Below are positions 61,579-64,000 of a stretch of 64,000 bases of DNA, piece by piece. Positions within the stretch are counted from its first letter, which is position 1. Every line of letters begins with the position of its first letter. The stretch is from an uncultured Haloferula sp. (lineage in GTDB: Bacteria; Verrucomicrobiota; Verrucomicrobiia; Verrucomicrobiales; Akkermansiaceae), in the NCBI GenBank assembly GCA_965652295.1, contig CBFGTS010000004.1:128001-192000 (forward strand), read 5' to 3'. The notes beneath the pieces are model-generated. The model did not search any database. It was given only the letters and a program-made list of their open reading frames with translations, and was not told the DNA's origin. Both the position numbers and the translations under genes were made by a program.

Positions 61579-61595
61579 TTGCAGGCGCGATGCCG
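61579..61595 (-). promoter_or_regulatory. Sigma54 (-24/-12) promoter of the Hsp20 operon
   Basis: - strand cGGcatcgcgcctGCaa (GG-N10-GC), ~30 nt upstream of the ATG. Confidence 0.6.
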
Positions 61596-61771
61596 AATGC
61601 CGTCGAAGGACTCATTCTGTTGAAAACCAATCGATTAGGTTGAGATGGCAAGGTCGCTTGCTTTCAATCTTTCGGAGCAAATTGACGCAAGAGCGTCATC
61701 TTGTCGGGACGGACTGACGCGGTGGGGAGATTCGGCTTCCGGGCGGGCCGGTGGCTGGGTAGGGAAGGGGC

Positions 61772-62242
61772 ATGATCGACATGCTGGTGCGGCTTTACGA
61801 CCTCCCGGATCCCCGGGTGCTCTACGAAAACGTGGAGGCGCAGGGGATCACGGTGCGCCGGGCCCGGGCCTTCGAGCTGCACACGGTGCGCGAGTTCGTG
61901 CGCGGCAATTTTTCCCCGAAATGGGTGAGCGAGGTGGAGGTGGCCATGAGCCGACAGCCGATCACGTGCTTCATCGCGACGCAGGACCAACAGGTCCTGG
62001 GCTTCGTGTGCTATGAGACGACCTCGCGCGGGTTTTTCGGTCCCACCGGCGTGGCCGAGGCGGCACGCGGCACGGGGGTCGGGAAGGCGCTCCTTTTTAA
62101 GGCTCTCGAAGGCCTCCGCGAGCTGGGATACGCCTACGGCATCATCGGCGGTGTGGGCCCGCGGGAATTTTACGAGAAGGCCTGCGGCGCGATCGAGATC
62201 CCCGGCAGCGACCCGGGAACCTACACCGACCTGCTGCCCTGA
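61772..62242 (+). CDS. GNAT family acetyltransferase
   Basis: FFGPTGV..AARG.GVGKALL, FYEK. Confidence 0.85.
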   Translation: MIDMLVRLYDLPDPRVLYENVEAQGITVRRARAFELHTVREFVRGNFSPKWVSEVEVAMSRQPITCFIATQDQQVLGFVCYETTSRGFFGPTGVAEAARGTGVGKALLFKALEGLRELGYAYGIIGGVGPREFYEKACGAIEIPGSDPGTYTDLLP

Positions 62243-62246
62243 TCCG

Positions 62247-62933
62247 ATGGGAAAAGGAACGATTCAGGACCCGGGATACGTCTGCGAGGCCTTTGCCCGC
62301 ATCGCGGACCGCTATGTGACCACCAACCACGTGCTCAGTCTGGGCACGGATATTCTCTGGCGGCGGAAGGTGGCGCGGATGGTGCGGCGCTGGAAACCGG
62401 AGCGCCTGCTGGATGTGGCGAGCGGAACGGGCGATCTGGCACTGGAAATCCAGGACGCGTGTCCGGAGACCGACATCATCGCCAGCGACTTCTGTGCCGA
62501 GATGCTGGCCCACGCCCAGAAGCGGGGGATGGCGAAGACGCTGGTGGCGGATGCGCTGGATCTGCCGTTCGCGGACGGCAGCTTCGACGTGGTGACCGTG
62601 GCCTTCGGTCTGAGAAATATGGCCGACTACGCGGCGGCCCTCCAGGAAATGCGCCGGGTCTTGAAGCCGGGCGGCCATCTGCTGGTGCTGGATTTCTCTC
62701 TGCCGGCAGGGCCGCTGCGGCCGCTCTACCGGTGGTATCTCCACAAGGTGTTGCCGAAGCTGGCCGGCTGGCTGACGCGCCAGAAGGACGCCTACGAGTA
62801 CCTCGGAGGTTCGATCGAGGAATTTCCGATGGGCTCGGGAATGACCGCCCTGATGGAGCGCTGCGGATACCACGAGGCGGAGGCCGTGCCGCTGACCTGC
62901 GGAGTGGCCAGCATCTACACGGCGGAGGCGTAG
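62247..62933 (+). CDS. UbiE/MenG family quinone biosynthesis C-methyltransferase
   Basis: F..IA.RY...NHVLS.G, LDVASGTGD, DALDLPF.DGSFD, AFGLRN, RVLKPGG, AYEYL..SI. Confidence 0.92.
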   Translation: MGKGTIQDPGYVCEAFARIADRYVTTNHVLSLGTDILWRRKVARMVRRWKPERLLDVASGTGDLALEIQDACPETDIIASDFCAEMLAHAQKRGMAKTLVADALDLPFADGSFDVVTVAFGLRNMADYAAALQEMRRVLKPGGHLLVLDFSLPAGPLRPLYRWYLHKVLPKLAGWLTRQKDAYEYLGGSIEEFPMGSGMTALMERCGYHEAEAVPLTCGVASIYTAEA

Positions 62934-63041
62934 GAGGTGGGACGCCCTCGTCCCACAACGGTGGAGCCCTCTCCTCAAAAGATCATCCCCTAACCAATCA
63001 CGCGCTTCCAAGATCGTGGGACGAGGGCGTCCCACCTCCTA
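62931..63041. repeat. REP doublet with perfect 26-bp terminal inverted repeats
   Basis: TAGGAGGTGGGACGCCCTCGTCCCAC (62931-62956) and its reverse complement (63016-63041). Confidence 0.85.
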
Positions 63042-64000
63042 GCCTTCGAAATAGGTATAGCCGCTGAGGTTGGTGCGGAAGAGGTCCATCACCTCGCGCC
63101 GTTCCTTGGGGCTGATGCGGCCCTGGGTCACCGCTTTCTCGGCGAAGCCGCGGAACTTGGTGACGAGTTCCTTCGGATCGTACTCCACGTAGGATAGTAC
63201 GTCGGCCACCGTATCGCCCTCGACTTCGTGGGTGTAGACGGGCTTGCCTTGCTCGAGGTGGACGCCGACGACGTTGGTGTCGCCGAGGAGGTTGTGGAGG
63301 TCGCCGAGGGTTTCCTGATAGGCTCCAACGAGGAAGACGCCGACGTGGTAGGGCTCGTCGGGCTTCAATTCGTGGAGGGGAAGGACTTTCGCCACGTCTT
63401 CGCGGTCGATGAAGCGGTCGATCTTGCCATCGCAGTCGCAGGTGATGTCGGCCAGCACGGCGCGCTGGCGCGGGCGTTCGTCGAGACGGTGGATCGGCAT
63501 CACCGGGAAGAGCTGTTTGATCGCCCAGGAGTCGGGGAGGGATTGGAACAGGCTGAAATTTCCGTAGTAGAAGTCGACGAGGCTGTCGGAAAGCTCGCGC
63601 ATGTCCTCGGGGATGACGTCCAGCTCGTGGAGGAGCTTGGAGATCCTCGTCATGATGTGCCAGAACCACGACTCGGCCAGCCCGCGCTCGCGCAGGGTGG
63701 CATTGCCGTAGAAGAACTGGGCGCGGACCTGGTCACGATAGTAGATGGCGTCGTTGAAGCACTCCTGGAGGTTGCGCTTCGAGAGGTCCTTGTTGACGTG
63801 GATGAGGTTGACGAGGTTCTGCGGTGCGTTTTCCGGCACCGGAGGGGCTTCATCGGTGGTCTGGACGGTGGAGACGTCAAGGATGTTGAAAACCAGCACC
63901 GAATAGTAGGCGACGATCGCGCGGCCGGATTCGGAGATGAGGTTCGGGTGCGGCACGGCGGCCTTGTCGCAGACCTGCATGATGGTTTCGATGACGTCGG
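63039..64000 (-). CDS. speA: Biosynthetic arginine decarboxylase, C-terminal part (start outside window)
   Basis: ISESGRA, NFSLFQSLPD.WAI.QLFP, DITCDCDG, GAYQE.LGDLHNL. Confidence 0.94.
   Translation of the reverse strand, partial: DVIETIMQVCDKAAVPHPNLISESGRAIVAYYSVLVFNILDVSTVQTTDEAPPVPENAPQNLVNLIHVNKDLSKRNLQECFNDAIYYRDQVRAQFFYGNATLRERGLAESWFWHIMTRISKLLHELDVIPEDMRELSDSLVDFYYGNFSLFQSLPDSWAIKQLFPVMPIHRLDERPRQRAVLADITCDCDGKIDRFIDREDVAKVLPLHELKPDEPYHVGVFLVGAYQETLGDLHNLLGDTNVVGVHLEQGKPVYTHEVEGDTVADVLSYVEYDPKELVTKFRGFAEKAVTQGRISPKERREVMDLFRTNLSGYTYFEG

Noticed and set aside
61646..61661. Sigma54 promoter on the + strand (TGGCAAGGTCGCTTGC)
   Set aside because: GG-to-GC spacing is 11 nt, not the required 10.

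Overview
GC-rich bacterial chromosomal window, probably Verrucomicrobiota (Luteolibacter/Haloferula-like). That assignment is inferred from an SHD1-domain secreted protein, C/A-rich leaders lacking Shine-Dalgarno motifs, and GGAGTGC-type REP elements. About 62 CDS, mostly housekeeping: galM plus an SSS sugar transporter, glyQS, rlmH, cls, xseA, aat, sucCD, sucAB, rsmD, waaA, msrB, gspE/F, a menG/ubiE-type methylase and speA. Accessory modules are a heavy-metal cluster (cnrYXH-like ECF module facing a MerR-CopA operon), an ATP-grasp/alpha-E/transglutaminase operon and a sigma54-type Hsp20 pair. The most interesting signals are non-coding. (1) A ~550-nt RNA of serial hairpins (43024-43571, +) and a ~160-nt RNA (44611-44772, -) share seven hairpins capped by the same GGGG loop. 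(2) An HNH nuclease-GNAT-RtcB RNA-repair operon is preceded by an unannotated leader peptide with terminator/antiterminator and a Y-RNA-like stem. An MscS-cNMP gene is split by one in-frame TGA. All structures were read by eye; no folding or database searches were run.
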